31,614 nucleotides of DNA from a virus (IMGVR_UViG_3300032295_000222:1-31614); one strand, 5' to 3'; positions 8,764 to 18,637 are shown, numbered from the stretch's first letter. Notes: generated by a model from the letters alone, not told the origin. A program made the numbers and translations.

Positions 8764-9557
8764 TGACCAAAATCTTTAGACCCTTAAAACTTACAAGAGA
8801 TCAGCTTGCTGATTTTCTTAATAATGCAGAGCAGATTAAGCAGTTCGAGAATTTGTTTGCTTTGGCCGATACTGTTGTTGATTCACCAGATGACATCATT
8901 GTTTTAAACATTGCATCTGGAACAGCGCAGTCGACAGCCAACGATGCGATTGCTCAATTGGCTGCATTGGCGCAAGAGTCTGCAATATCTAGCGCATTGG
9001 CTGAAAATCGAGCAAATGAAGCCTTGGCATTAGTGGACAAGTTGACCAAAGCGGTTGAGGGTTTGCAGATGACCCCGCCCCCAAGGGAGTTTAAGCGTGC
9101 AAGATACGGGTCATTTTATGACACCACCACACAACTTGCGACAACCATCAACACAGCCAAAGCGATTACGTTTAACAATACCGACTTGAGTAATGGAGTG
9201 TTTATTGGCAGCCCAGCATCTAGGATCGTTGTGGACAGCGAGGGCATTTACAATTTTGACACATCGTTTCAGCTAGATAAGACATCTGTAGGCGTAGAGG
9301 AGTTTTACATTTGGTTTAGGCTCAATGGTGTTGATGTGCCAGACAGCGCAAGTCAAATCCGTATTCAAGGCAACAACGCAGAAATCTTTTCCTCACTTAA
9401 TTACTTTTTTGATCTTAAATCAAACGATTACGTTGAGCTGATGTTTTCAGTCTCTGATTTGTCTGTTGAATTAAAATCCTTTGTTGCTGTTCCACCAGTT
9501 CCAAGCATCCCGTCAATCATTCTTACAGTCAGCAACAATATAGGAGGTGTCCAATGA
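8763..9557 (+). CDS. Putative tail needle (gp26 position) with coiled coil and C-terminal C1q/TNF-like knob
   Basis: Directly after the gp10 homologue; Ala-rich heptads, then 'AITFNNT..GIYNFDTSFQL..DLKSNDYVELM' jelly-roll pattern. Confidence 0.6.
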   Translation: MTKIFRPLKLTRDQLADFLNNAEQIKQFENLFALADTVVDSPDDIIVLNIASGTAQSTANDAIAQLAALAQESAISSALAENRANEALALVDKLTKAVEGLQMTPPPREFKRARYGSFYDTTTQLATTINTAKAITFNNTDLSNGVFIGSPASRIVVDSEGIYNFDTSFQLDKTSVGVEEFYIWFRLNGVDVPDSASQIRIQGNNAEIFSSLNYFFDLKSNDYVELMFSVSDLSVELKSFVAVPPVPSIPSIILTVSNNIGGVQ

Positions 9558-9889
9558 CCGTCATCGTCAAGGTGCTGATTCCAGCAAAGCAGGCTGAGAA
9601 CAGCCAGACTACACAGTACACAGCGTCCAACGTGCGTGCAATTATTGACAAGTTTACAGTCACTAACACTAGCGCAAACAATGTCACGTTTAGCTGTAAT
9701 CTGGTGACAGTTGGTGGCACAGCAGGCGCATCGAACTTAATCGTTGATGCTCGAAGCATCGTGCCAGATGAGACTTATACTTGCCCAGAGCTAGTGGGTC
9801 AGGCTCTTGAGGCGGGTGGTTTTATCTCGACAATTGCGAGCGCAGCCACATCTTTAACCATTCGGGCATCAGGCCGAGAGATTACTTAA
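9554..9889 (+). CDS. Small beta-rich structural protein
   Basis: GGAGG SD, ATGA coupling, 111 aa. Confidence 0.7.
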   Translation: MTVIVKVLIPAKQAENSQTTQYTASNVRAIIDKFTVTNTSANNVTFSCNLVTVGGTAGASNLIVDARSIVPDETYTCPELVGQALEAGGFISTIASAATSLTIRASGREIT

Positions 9890-9898
9890 AGGAACGCT

Positions 9899-10297
9899 AT
9901 GAAAAACTTTATGATTATCCCCAAGGGTTTCGCTGGGCTGCCAATGGAAGAAGAGTTCCTGAGTACAGCTGAAAACAAGAAGAATTATGCAATTGCGGTG
10001 CAGGATTGGAATTATGGTCCAGAGATGCCGACCAATGAGCCTGGTGCAAACAAGCCGTTTTATGTGGCTTTGGCGGAAGCCATGCAATGCGATGAGAAAG
10101 ACGCAAGGCGCAAACATTGCTCAAACTGTGAGTATTACGACAACAGTCTGATGGCACAGGTCAAAATTGAGCGTATTCCTATGGCTGCCTATGACAAGGG
10201 CGCAGGGTTTCGTGGTCATTGCGGCAAGCTCAATTTCATCTGCAATGACATGAGGGTTTGTCAGGCTTGGGAAGAACGTGAAGATGAGATGGATTGA
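9899..10297 (+). CDS. Hypothetical Cys-motif protein (HiPIP-like or other metal-binding)
   Basis: AAGGA SD; CSNC..GHC..C..CQAW pattern. Confidence 0.65.
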   Translation: MKNFMIIPKGFAGLPMEEEFLSTAENKKNYAIAVQDWNYGPEMPTNEPGANKPFYVALAEAMQCDEKDARRKHCSNCEYYDNSLMAQVKIERIPMAAYDKGAGFRGHCGKLNFICNDMRVCQAWEEREDEMD

Positions 10298-10369
10298 AAT
10301 GACAATTTGTGGGAAAATACCCTCGCTGAGTCAATCGAGCCACCAGCAGCTTATCCGTTTGGGGGGCGT

Positions 10370-10813
10370 ATGACTGATTGGCTGAGAGAGAACCTACAGA
10401 AAGGTCTATCCTTGCCTGCTCCCGCAACGGAGTGGCTGATGATGCTCTATGAAGCAATCCAAGTCTTTGATGACGTTGCTGATGGCGATCCTGTCAATCG
10501 TCAAGACTTGAACGCCACCATCTGGAACACGTTGGTCGGCATGAATCAAAATAGCTTCTGGCTCGTCAACTCCCAGACTCTCACTCCAGTTGTGGCATCC
10601 ATGATATTGAAGTGGCAAGCATCCGATCAAGCCGAACGTGCTGGTCGTGCTGATGCTCGCTCTTTCGTGTGGCGTGCAGGATTCTACGATGTGGTCTTGA
10701 TAACCGTGGCGTTGTGTCATGGCACAGATCATGCAACCAACGTGGCCAGCCAAGTCATGGCTATCTATGGCGAAAAATTAGAAGATTATTTGAAGGAGTT
10801 TAATCATGCCTGA
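10370..10813 (+). CDS. Hypothetical alpha-helical protein with DDxxD motif
   Basis: ATG at 10370 after a G-rich SD-like run is preferred over the track start at 10307; 'QVFDDVADGD'. Confidence 0.7.
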   Translation: MTDWLRENLQKGLSLPAPATEWLMMLYEAIQVFDDVADGDPVNRQDLNATIWNTLVGMNQNSFWLVNSQTLTPVVASMILKWQASDQAERAGRADARSFVWRAGFYDVVLITVALCHGTDHATNVASQVMAIYGEKLEDYLKEFNHA

Positions 10814-11705
10814 TCCAATTACCGGAGTCGTAGTCGCTGGCTCACAACTGATTGGTGGTGCTATCCAGAGCAGATCAGCCGGACGAGCAGCTGACGCACA
10901 ATCAGAAGCGGCGCAACGAGGAATTGAGGAGCAGCGCAGACAATTCGATGCGGTGCGTGAACTCTTGAAGCCTTACGTTGATGTTGGTCTGCCTGCTCTT
11001 GAGCAACAGCAAGCCCTCATTGGTTTGGGTGGCCCAGAAGCGCAGCGTCAAGCAATTTCAGCCCTTGAGTCTAGTGAGTTGTTTCAAGCCAGAGCAAGAC
11101 AAGGCGAAGAGGCACTATTGCAAAGCGCATCAGCTACTGGTGGACTGCGAGGCGGCAACATCCAAGGCGCACTTGGGCAGTTCAGACCCGCAATGCTACA
11201 GGCTGAAATTGATCGTCAATATGGACGCTTGGCTGGATTAACAACTTTGGGTCAGCAATCGGCTGCGGGTGTTGGTACGGCAGGCATCCAGACGGGTGCA
11301 AGAATTTCTGGTTTAGAGGGTGACATTGGATCGGCTCAGGCTGGCGGTGAATTAGCATCTGGTCGAGCATTGTCTGGTGTGTTTAATTTACCATCTCAAT
11401 TCTTAGGTCTGCAATACGGCATGAAAGGCGGCACGCCAGGCTTTTCTAATCTTTTTGGTGGTGGCGGCGGAGGTGGCGGAGCTATGAATATACCTATGGA
11501 GGGTGCTGATTTTAGCGACAGACGCTTAAAAACAAATATTCACCGCATCAGCACTAGACCCGATGGCCTTGGCGTTTATGAGTTTGAATACATCTGGGGC
11601 GGTGGCAAACATATTGGTCTGATGGCGCAAGAGGTTCTTGGTATCTATCCGGACGCTGTTGGCAGCGTTGGTGGGTACTATACCGTTGACTACAGCCGAG
11701 TTTAG
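10806..11705 (+). CDS. DNA ejection protein (gp7-like) with C-terminal peptidase S74-like chaperone domain
   Basis: AAGGAG SD; Gly/Ala/Gln-rich pilot-protein composition; 'FSDRRLKTNI..GLMAQEV..YYTVDY'. Confidence 0.78.
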   Translation: MPDPITGVVVAGSQLIGGAIQSRSAGRAADAQSEAAQRGIEEQRRQFDAVRELLKPYVDVGLPALEQQQALIGLGGPEAQRQAISALESSELFQARARQGEEALLQSASATGGLRGGNIQGALGQFRPAMLQAEIDRQYGRLAGLTTLGQQSAAGVGTAGIQTGARISGLEGDIGSAQAGGELASGRALSGVFNLPSQFLGLQYGMKGGTPGFSNLFGGGGGGGGAMNIPMEGADFSDRRLKTNIHRISTRPDGLGVYEFEYIWGGGKHIGLMAQEVLGIYPDAVGSVGGYYTVDYSRV

Positions 11706-11714
11706 GGGATAGGA

Positions 11715-13064
11715 ATGGTACAGCCAGCAAATTACAACATTGACGTTCAGAGTCCATTCCAAGCTTTTGCACAAGGCGCACAGCTTGGTACTGGATTGGC
11801 TGAGATTCAAGCTCGCCGACAAGCGCAAGAGCAGGATGTAGTTCGTCAGCAGCAATTGGCGCAAGCAGTTCAGACCTTGAATGCAAACCCTAATCCAACT
11901 GCAAAAGATTATCAACAATTGTCATTTCTGCTGCCTCCAGCTCAGATGAAGAGCGTGCTTGATGTCTTTCAAGCTGGCAGCAAGGATCAGCAAGATCAGC
12001 AATTAAAGTTTTCTGGCCAAGTCTTATCTGCCTTTACATCTGGTCAATCTAAGGTCGGCATCGACTTATTGAATAATCAGGCAACTGCTTTAGAAAATAG
12101 CGGCAACAAGGCTCAAGCCGATGCTTATCGGACATATGCAAAACTGGCTGAGATCAATCCAGGCGCAGCACAAAAGACGATTGGCATCATGCTTGCAAGT
12201 TTGCCAGGCGGTGACAAGATTATTGAATCGACAACCAAGGCACAACTTGCACCATCACAAGTTAGCAAGTCTGAAACTGAGGCTGTCAGCGCACAGTTGG
12301 AAACAGCCAATAAGCCATTGGCACTTGCTTTGGGTAATATAAAAACACAAGGAGACATCAATAATATTCAAAGCCAGATTACTGATAGAACGAGAAGGTT
12401 GAATTTAGATCAAGACAGATTGACAGGTGATGTGCAAGTAAAGTTGATTGAGCTTAATCAAACACAAGGAAAGTTAGAGCCAAGCGCAGTCAAGATTATC
12501 AATGATTCTGTGGTTGCGAGTATTGGGTTAGAGCAGGCCGCAGGAAAGACGCTTGATTTAGCTACAAAGATTGAGCAAGCGGCAGGAACAGCAGGATTGG
12601 CAGGAAAGTTCTCTGAAACTTTAAAGTCTATTTCTGGCAACCAAGATGCAGTCACGCAGTTACGAAATGAATACTCAAGGCTACGCAATTCTGCTGCGAT
12701 TAAGGCATTACCGCCTGGCGTTGCAACGGACAAAGATATTGAGTTGGCATTGAAGGGCATTCCACCAGAGACAGCAAACGCAGCCACACAAGCCTCATTT
12801 TTGCGAGGCATGGCAAAGATGCAGCAGTATGAGGCAGCGACTGAAAGCGCAAAATCTGAATGGGTAAACTCAACTGGAAACCTTGGTCGATCAAAGACAG
12901 ACATTGAGATTGGTGGAATTAGAGTGCCAAAAGGTACGACTTTCCCAGAATTTGCTCGTCAGTTTATGGATCAGAGAGCGGAAGACTTGGCAGCGACACA
13001 AGCGAATACTGCTGTCGGTGGACGCAGTTACATGAGGTATGCTAACCCACAGGCTGGTCAATAA
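11715..13064 (+). CDS. DNA ejection protein (gp20-like)
   Basis: Gln/Ala-rich helical 449 aa, second of three genes; 'LPPGVATDKDIELA' segment. Confidence 0.75.
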   Translation: MVQPANYNIDVQSPFQAFAQGAQLGTGLAEIQARRQAQEQDVVRQQQLAQAVQTLNANPNPTAKDYQQLSFLLPPAQMKSVLDVFQAGSKDQQDQQLKFSGQVLSAFTSGQSKVGIDLLNNQATALENSGNKAQADAYRTYAKLAEINPGAAQKTIGIMLASLPGGDKIIESTTKAQLAPSQVSKSETEAVSAQLETANKPLALALGNIKTQGDINNIQSQITDRTRRLNLDQDRLTGDVQVKLIELNQTQGKLEPSAVKIINDSVVASIGLEQAAGKTLDLATKIEQAAGTAGLAGKFSETLKSISGNQDAVTQLRNEYSRLRNSAAIKALPPGVATDKDIELALKGIPPETANAATQASFLRGMAKMQQYEAATESAKSEWVNSTGNLGRSKTDIEIGGIRVPKGTTFPEFARQFMDQRAEDLAATQANTAVGGRSYMRYANPQAGQ

Positions 13065-15958
13065 TGGCAACTCCCGTCCCTAATTCCTACAAAGACCCGT
13101 ACTGGGTTGAGTTGTCGGCCAATACCGAGAGAAAGCTCGGCTTGCCTGATGGAATGTTGCGTTCGGTCTTGCTTTATGGTGAGCGCAGCAACAACGATCA
13201 GATTTCCTCGGCTGACGCACGCACGCCTTATCAGATCATCCCCTCAGCGAGAAATCTGGCAATTAAGGCTTACGGCATCGATCCATATCTCAGCCCAGAA
13301 AATGCGGCAGAGGTGGCGGGTCGGTTTCTAAAAGACTCTCTTGATCGCAACAAGGGTGACAAGTCTAGGGCTTTTGCTGAGTATCATGGCGGCACAGACC
13401 CAAAGAACTGGGGGCCGATTACTCAGTCCTACATCACTCGCACAATGGGTGGTTTGAGTGAGTTAACAGGTCAGCCAGCGCAAACTACAACCCAAGCTCC
13501 CGCACCGACCACAACTCCCGCACCGACCACAACTCCCGCACCATCGACACCACCAGGTCAGCCGCCATCGATTGCTGAAGGCGGCACGATTAGCACGTTT
13601 GAGAGAGCGCAGCAGGCATCTGGTCAGGTGGCAATGCCAGACAATGCTATTGCCAATATTTATCAGGCGTACTCAACTGGCAAGATGTCACCACAAGAGG
13701 CTCAAGAGTTTGAGGCAGATGTTCGTGGCGGAACGATCATGCTGCCCCGTGGTGCGTCTTTGCAAGGCGGACCAGTACAAGGCGCAAGACCGACACTCAA
13801 CGTGCTGCCTGATCCCGTTTTGGAGGCTTACAGCAGCGGTCGCATGAATCGTGCTGAGATGGTTGACCTTGAGCGTGATGTCAGAACTGGCATGGTAGGA
13901 GTGCCGGAAGGATTCCAGATTGGCACAACAGAGTTGACACCACCAACTACAACAGAAGGTGTTTTGGGTGCTGTGACTAGGGGTCTTGCCCCGATTGCGA
14001 CAGGTGCAGCAATTGGTGCGGCTGCGGGTGCGCCTTTTGCTGGAGTTGGCGCAATACCAGGCGCAATGGCAGGAGCTGGCGCAGCAGGATTGGCTACGTT
14101 TGTGGCTGATCCGATTGTGGGGGCTGTGAATAGTCTGTTCGGCACGCAGTACACAATGCCAACCCAAGCAATGGAAGATTTGTTGACTAGAGCTGGTGTG
14201 GCAAAGCCAAAGAGTGAGGCCGAGCGCATCTTGCAATCTGCGGTAACGGGTGCAGCGGGTGCTGGTGGTGGTGTGGCATTAGGTCGCACATTACAGGCCG
14301 CAGCGGGTGCGGGTGCGCCTGTGACTCAAGCCGTTGGGCAAGTGATGGCGAGCCAGCCTGTATTGCAAACGATAGCGGGTGCAACAGGTGGCGCAGCAGG
14401 ACAGACAGCAGCAGAACTTGGTGCTGGTCCAATCGGTCAAATTGCTGCCACATTAGCGGGTGGCGTTACACCATTCGCACCACAATTAGTATCTCAGATG
14501 GCACGCACAGTCAGCCAACGTGCTGCGACTCCAACTCAGGCAGGCGCACCACCGCCCCCAATGACGGGTGAAGAACTTGCTGCCACCACTAAGAAGGCAG
14601 CAGAAGGTGGGTTTGGATCAACCAAGGCAACAGAAGCGTTGGCGGCACAAGCCGCACCAGACCCCAAAACATTGGAAGCAGCCAAGCGACTTGGCATTGA
14701 GGATTATTTGGATGTTGACCACCTGACCACAAATCAGGCGGCCAAGGAGTTGATTCAAGCTGTCAAATCATTCCCTGGCTCTCAAGCCAGAGCCTCTGAG
14801 ATTGCAGGACTGAATGAAGTGGGCAGAAAGGCAGATGAGTTGATTGCAAAGATTGGTGGCACAACTGATCTGAGTCAATTGAATCAATCAGTCAAAAATC
14901 AACTGAGTGATACTGTCAAAACTTTAGATATAAGCGCAGACAAAGCATATACAGACTTGAGGACTGCCATCCCATTGTCAACCCGTGGTCAAGCTAATGA
15001 CGTACTGACATTTATCAATCAGCGTGGGCGTGACTTGGATGGCAATCAAAACTTGTCAAGCCTAGAGAAAAACGTCTTACGCAAGCTCACACCAAAGGTC
15101 GAGGTCGATGAGAATGGAGTTGTCACAGGTGTAAGAAATCCAACTTATGCGCTGATTGACGATGTGCGTAAAGACATTGGCGCAGCTGCTAGGCAGTCAG
15201 GCAAGTTTAAAGATTCCGATACGGGTCTTGCCAAGCAGCTCTATAAGCTCATTGATAACGATCAATTAAAGCTCGCTGACAATGCAGGATTTGGCGATCA
15301 ATATCTTCTGGCCAAGAGTCTTGTCTCAGTCCGCAAGGGCTTTGAGGATGACATGGTGGCATTGTTTGGCAAGCAGCTCGATCAGAGTCTGGTCAGCAAG
15401 CTGTCCGATGCCACAATGTCGCTGACCAAGGGTGACTCCGAGAAGCTCGTCAAAATTTTGAAGGCAATCCCAGAAGATATGCGGCAATCGGTAGCGGCAT
15501 CTGCTCTGAATACGGCATTTGGAAAAGCTACTCAAAACGGCCAATTAAATTTCAATACCTATGCAAACTTCTATGAAGGCCTGCTCCAAAACAAGCAAGG
15601 CTATGCGGCATTGATGAATAATCTGCCACAAGCATCAAGGAAGGCACTATCTGACTTGTATCGTGTCTCAAATGGCGTGAGAAACGCCACCAGAGAGCGT
15701 ATTACAACTGGACGCATACAATCTATCCAGAAAGATTTGCAGGGCGTAGATACATTGGCAAGCAATCTGTTTGGCATTGCAAAGCGTGCAGCATTTGGTT
15801 TGCCTCTTGAGGCCGCATCAACTGCCGTGGGTTTGCCTGGTGCTGGTCTTGCGTCTGGAATTGCATCAGCGTTGACTAAAGGCAAGCCAGACATTGCAAA
15901 AAAGGCAGATGAATTATTAAACTCGCCAGCGTTTAAAGACTTGGTGCGTGGCAAATAA
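13064..15958 (+). CDS. Large DNA ejection protein (gp16-like) with N-terminal lytic transglycosylase-like domain
   Basis: 964 aa; N-terminal 'GLPDGMLRSV..GERS..YQIIP..ENAAEVAGRFL..AFAEYHGG' SLT pattern, Pro/Thr linker, Gly/Ala hydrophobic segments. Confidence 0.8.
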   Translation: MATPVPNSYKDPYWVELSANTERKLGLPDGMLRSVLLYGERSNNDQISSADARTPYQIIPSARNLAIKAYGIDPYLSPENAAEVAGRFLKDSLDRNKGDKSRAFAEYHGGTDPKNWGPITQSYITRTMGGLSELTGQPAQTTTQAPAPTTTPAPTTTPAPSTPPGQPPSIAEGGTISTFERAQQASGQVAMPDNAIANIYQAYSTGKMSPQEAQEFEADVRGGTIMLPRGASLQGGPVQGARPTLNVLPDPVLEAYSSGRMNRAEMVDLERDVRTGMVGVPEGFQIGTTELTPPTTTEGVLGAVTRGLAPIATGAAIGAAAGAPFAGVGAIPGAMAGAGAAGLATFVADPIVGAVNSLFGTQYTMPTQAMEDLLTRAGVAKPKSEAERILQSAVTGAAGAGGGVALGRTLQAAAGAGAPVTQAVGQVMASQPVLQTIAGATGGAAGQTAAELGAGPIGQIAATLAGGVTPFAPQLVSQMARTVSQRAATPTQAGAPPPPMTGEELAATTKKAAEGGFGSTKATEALAAQAAPDPKTLEAAKRLGIEDYLDVDHLTTNQAAKELIQAVKSFPGSQARASEIAGLNEVGRKADELIAKIGGTTDLSQLNQSVKNQLSDTVKTLDISADKAYTDLRTAIPLSTRGQANDVLTFINQRGRDLDGNQNLSSLEKNVLRKLTPKVEVDENGVVTGVRNPTYALIDDVRKDIGAAARQSGKFKDSDTGLAKQLYKLIDNDQLKLADNAGFGDQYLLAKSLVSVRKGFEDDMVALFGKQLDQSLVSKLSDATMSLTKGDSEKLVKILKAIPEDMRQSVAASALNTAFGKATQNGQLNFNTYANFYEGLLQNKQGYAALMNNLPQASRKALSDLYRVSNGVRNATRERITTGRIQSIQKDLQGVDTLASNLFGIAKRAAFGLPLEAASTAVGLPGAGLASGIASALTKGKPDIAKKADELLNSPAFKDLVRGK
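13497..13542 (+). repeat. 18-bp tandem repeat (~2.5 copies) encoding the PAPTTT linker
   Basis: ctcccgcaccgaccacaa twice plus ctcccgcacc. Confidence 0.9.
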
Positions 15959-15970
15959 GGAGCAATAAAG

Positions 15971-17638
15971 ATGAGCGCATTGTCAATTGAAGTACCGTTT
16001 CCGGTTTTCCAAGACCGTGATGGTCAGCCATTGGAAAATGGTTATATTTGGTTAGGTGTTGCCAACCTTAATCCACAGACCAACCCTGTCATTGCATATT
16101 ATGATGAGGCGTTGACTATCCCTGCACCGCAACCTTTACGCACATTAAACGGATATATCTCCAGAGCAGGCACACCAGCTAAGGTTTATGTTGATGGCGT
16201 GAACTTCAGTATTTTGGTGCAAGACAGTAAAGGATCGATGGTTTACAACTTTCTTGACGGAACGGGAGTTAGTCCTAATTCTTGTGGGATTGTTTACGAC
16301 CCTCCCTTTACAGGAGCAGTTCCAACAACCGTTTGTGTCAAATTAGCTGAAACAGTTTCTGTCAAAGACTTTGGTGCTGTCGGTGATGGTGTGGCTGACG
16401 ATAGTGTTGCTATGCAGGCGGCTCATGCAACAGGTAAAGTTGTTTACTACCCAGAAGGAGAATACAAATTTAGTTCAACAATTACCATGTCTCTAGGTGG
16501 TATTGTTGGATCGGGTTTAGGTACAACTTATCTTGTAAGCACAGATACAACAAGCAATAATTTGTTTGAATATACTGGAACTACAGCGGGTTACTTTAGT
16601 GGGTTTCAATTACAAGCTACAGCAGGCAAAACTGTTGGTGCAGGAATTGAGATTGTAACTAATACAAACGATAACGCTTATTCTGCTTTTGAAAACGTAA
16701 ACTTTTTCCAGTTGCCTGTTGGCATTAGTTTTACAAAAGCACGATTGTTTAAAGTTATTGCGTGTAATTTTATAAGTTACACCGTTGCTGGGTGTTTAGT
16801 TGCAAACATATCAAACAATGACGCTGGAGATAGCGTTATTAGCAGTTGTAGTTTTTTTGGTGGATCACCAACTGCACATGGAATTGTTCAATATTCATCA
16901 GGCGGGTTAAAGATTATTGGCAACAAATTTAACGATGGTGCAACAGCATACTTTTTAAATTACACGGTAACAAGCTCAACTTCAATATTAATTATTGACG
17001 GAAACTCCATAGAAAATATGGTAAGTGCAGCTATTTCTTTACAAAGTACGGTTGCATCTACGTTTACGTTTAATTTTGTAACCATATCAAATAATGAAAT
17101 AGCGATTTGCGCTAACGGCATTACAACAGACACAACAGGTTTCATTTCTGAAATGAGCGTGACAGGAAACGTCATTAATGTGTCTGCTGCTGGTGCGTGT
17201 TGTGCTTTGGTTGAAGTGACTAATTTTGTTATTGGTAGCAACACTTTTACTGGCCCTGGTGGAACTGTAGGTATTAATTTAGATACTTGCACCAACGGCA
17301 AAATTGGAATTAACACATATTCAGTTGCCACTCCTTATGCTATCTTTACTTCAACTGTAAGCGTTCAAAAAGACGATCAAACAGGTAGCGTAACAACCGG
17401 ATTGGCTACTTTAACGTTAGGGGCTTTGTTTAATTCAGCAGGAACAACTGTAACTTTTCCAAGAGCGTTTAAAATTGCACCTACAAAATCTGATATTTCG
17501 TTAATAGCAGACGCAGGAACAGGTGCAATTGGTGGGATTGTTTTATCGACATCGACAACAAATTTTGTTTTTAACGCTATTTCCACTAACAATAGTGTTG
17601 ATCCGGTAATTAACTGGAAAGCAAGTGGAACTTTATAG
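15971..17638 (+). CDS. Tailspike: P22-like head-binding domain plus parallel beta-helix (pectate-lyase-like) domain
   Basis: 'PFPVFQDRDGQPLENGYIWLG..NP' head-binding motif; 'VSVKDFGAVGDGVADDS' beta-helix cap; Asn/Ile/Gly rungs. Confidence 0.87.
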   Translation: MSALSIEVPFPVFQDRDGQPLENGYIWLGVANLNPQTNPVIAYYDEALTIPAPQPLRTLNGYISRAGTPAKVYVDGVNFSILVQDSKGSMVYNFLDGTGVSPNSCGIVYDPPFTGAVPTTVCVKLAETVSVKDFGAVGDGVADDSVAMQAAHATGKVVYYPEGEYKFSSTITMSLGGIVGSGLGTTYLVSTDTTSNNLFEYTGTTAGYFSGFQLQATAGKTVGAGIEIVTNTNDNAYSAFENVNFFQLPVGISFTKARLFKVIACNFISYTVAGCLVANISNNDAGDSVISSCSFFGGSPTAHGIVQYSSGGLKIIGNKFNDGATAYFLNYTVTSSTSILIIDGNSIENMVSAAISLQSTVASTFTFNFVTISNNEIAICANGITTDTTGFISEMSVTGNVINVSAAGACCALVEVTNFVIGSNTFTGPGGTVGINLDTCTNGKIGINTYSVATPYAIFTSTVSVQKDDQTGSVTTGLATLTLGALFNSAGTTVTFPRAFKIAPTKSDISLIADAGTGAIGGIVLSTSTTNFVFNAISTNNSVDPVINWKASGTL

Positions 17639-17667
17639 TTATATTAGACTAATTAAGGGGAATTAAA

Positions 17668-18600
17668 TTGGCTGATACAAAAATTTCTGCGCTACCCGCA
17701 GCAACAACACCGTTAGCGGGTACTGAAGTTTTGCCTATTGTGCAAGGCGGCGCAACGGTTAAAGTAAGCATAAACAATCTAACAGCTGGCAAGGCAGTTA
17801 GTATGAGCGACCTTACCACGACTAACATTCAAGTTACTAACTTAAAAGCAAAAGACGGTACGGCAGCAGGTTCTATTGCTGACTCCACAGGCGTAGTCAC
17901 TCTTACCTCATCTGTCTTGACCGCCACAGACATTAACGGCGGCACAATTGATGGCGTAACTATTGGCGGTGCATCAGCTGGTGCAGTATCTTCTACAAAT
18001 CTCGCCTATACAGGTACATTTACTGGTGGAACTGGCGTAGTTAATCTTGGCTCTGGTCAGTTAATTAAAGACGCTAGTGGCAACCTAATGTTGGGGCAGC
18101 CATCTTTAGGTTTGCAAAATTCACAAAGTTTTTCTTGGCAAGGAACTGGTGATGCAGCTTTTTCGGTAAACCATTCAACAGCTAATGTGGGCGGCGATGG
18201 CTTTATCCGATTTGGTTACAACGGAGGTCAAATAGGCTCAATTACCCAAAATGGAACAACAGGCGTTCTTTACAACCTGACATCAGACTATCGCCTAAAA
18301 AATGACCCACAGCCATTAACAGGGTCTGTGGACTTTATTATGGCGTTACAACCAAAGAAGTGGCAATGGTGGGACGGCTCTGGCGAGGGCGTAGGTTTTA
18401 TAGCGCATGAGTTTATGGAGATTGCTAAATACTCAGGTAACGGCGTAAAAGACGCTGTTGACAAGGATGGAAAACCTGTCTATCAATCTATTCAGCCCTC
18501 GTCCTCAGAAGTTATGGCGCACCTGACAGCATTTGTTCAAGAGCAACAAGCACTAATTCAAAACCTTACAACCCGTTTAATTGCACTTGAAGGAAATTAA
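17668..18600 (+). CDS. Tail fibre with C-terminal peptidase S74 intramolecular chaperone
   Basis: TTG start after AAGGGG; 'INGGTIDGVTIG' fibre repeat; 'TSDYRLKN..GFIAHE' plus terminal coiled coil. Confidence 0.82.
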   Translation: MADTKISALPAATTPLAGTEVLPIVQGGATVKVSINNLTAGKAVSMSDLTTTNIQVTNLKAKDGTAAGSIADSTGVVTLTSSVLTATDINGGTIDGVTIGGASAGAVSSTNLAYTGTFTGGTGVVNLGSGQLIKDASGNLMLGQPSLGLQNSQSFSWQGTGDAAFSVNHSTANVGGDGFIRFGYNGGQIGSITQNGTTGVLYNLTSDYRLKNDPQPLTGSVDFIMALQPKKWQWWDGSGEGVGFIAHEFMEIAKYSGNGVKDAVDKDGKPVYQSIQPSSSEVMAHLTAFVQEQQALIQNLTTRLIALEGN

Positions 18601-18637
18601 ATGGCATTAACTTTAAAAATTCATAAAGTAGAATATT

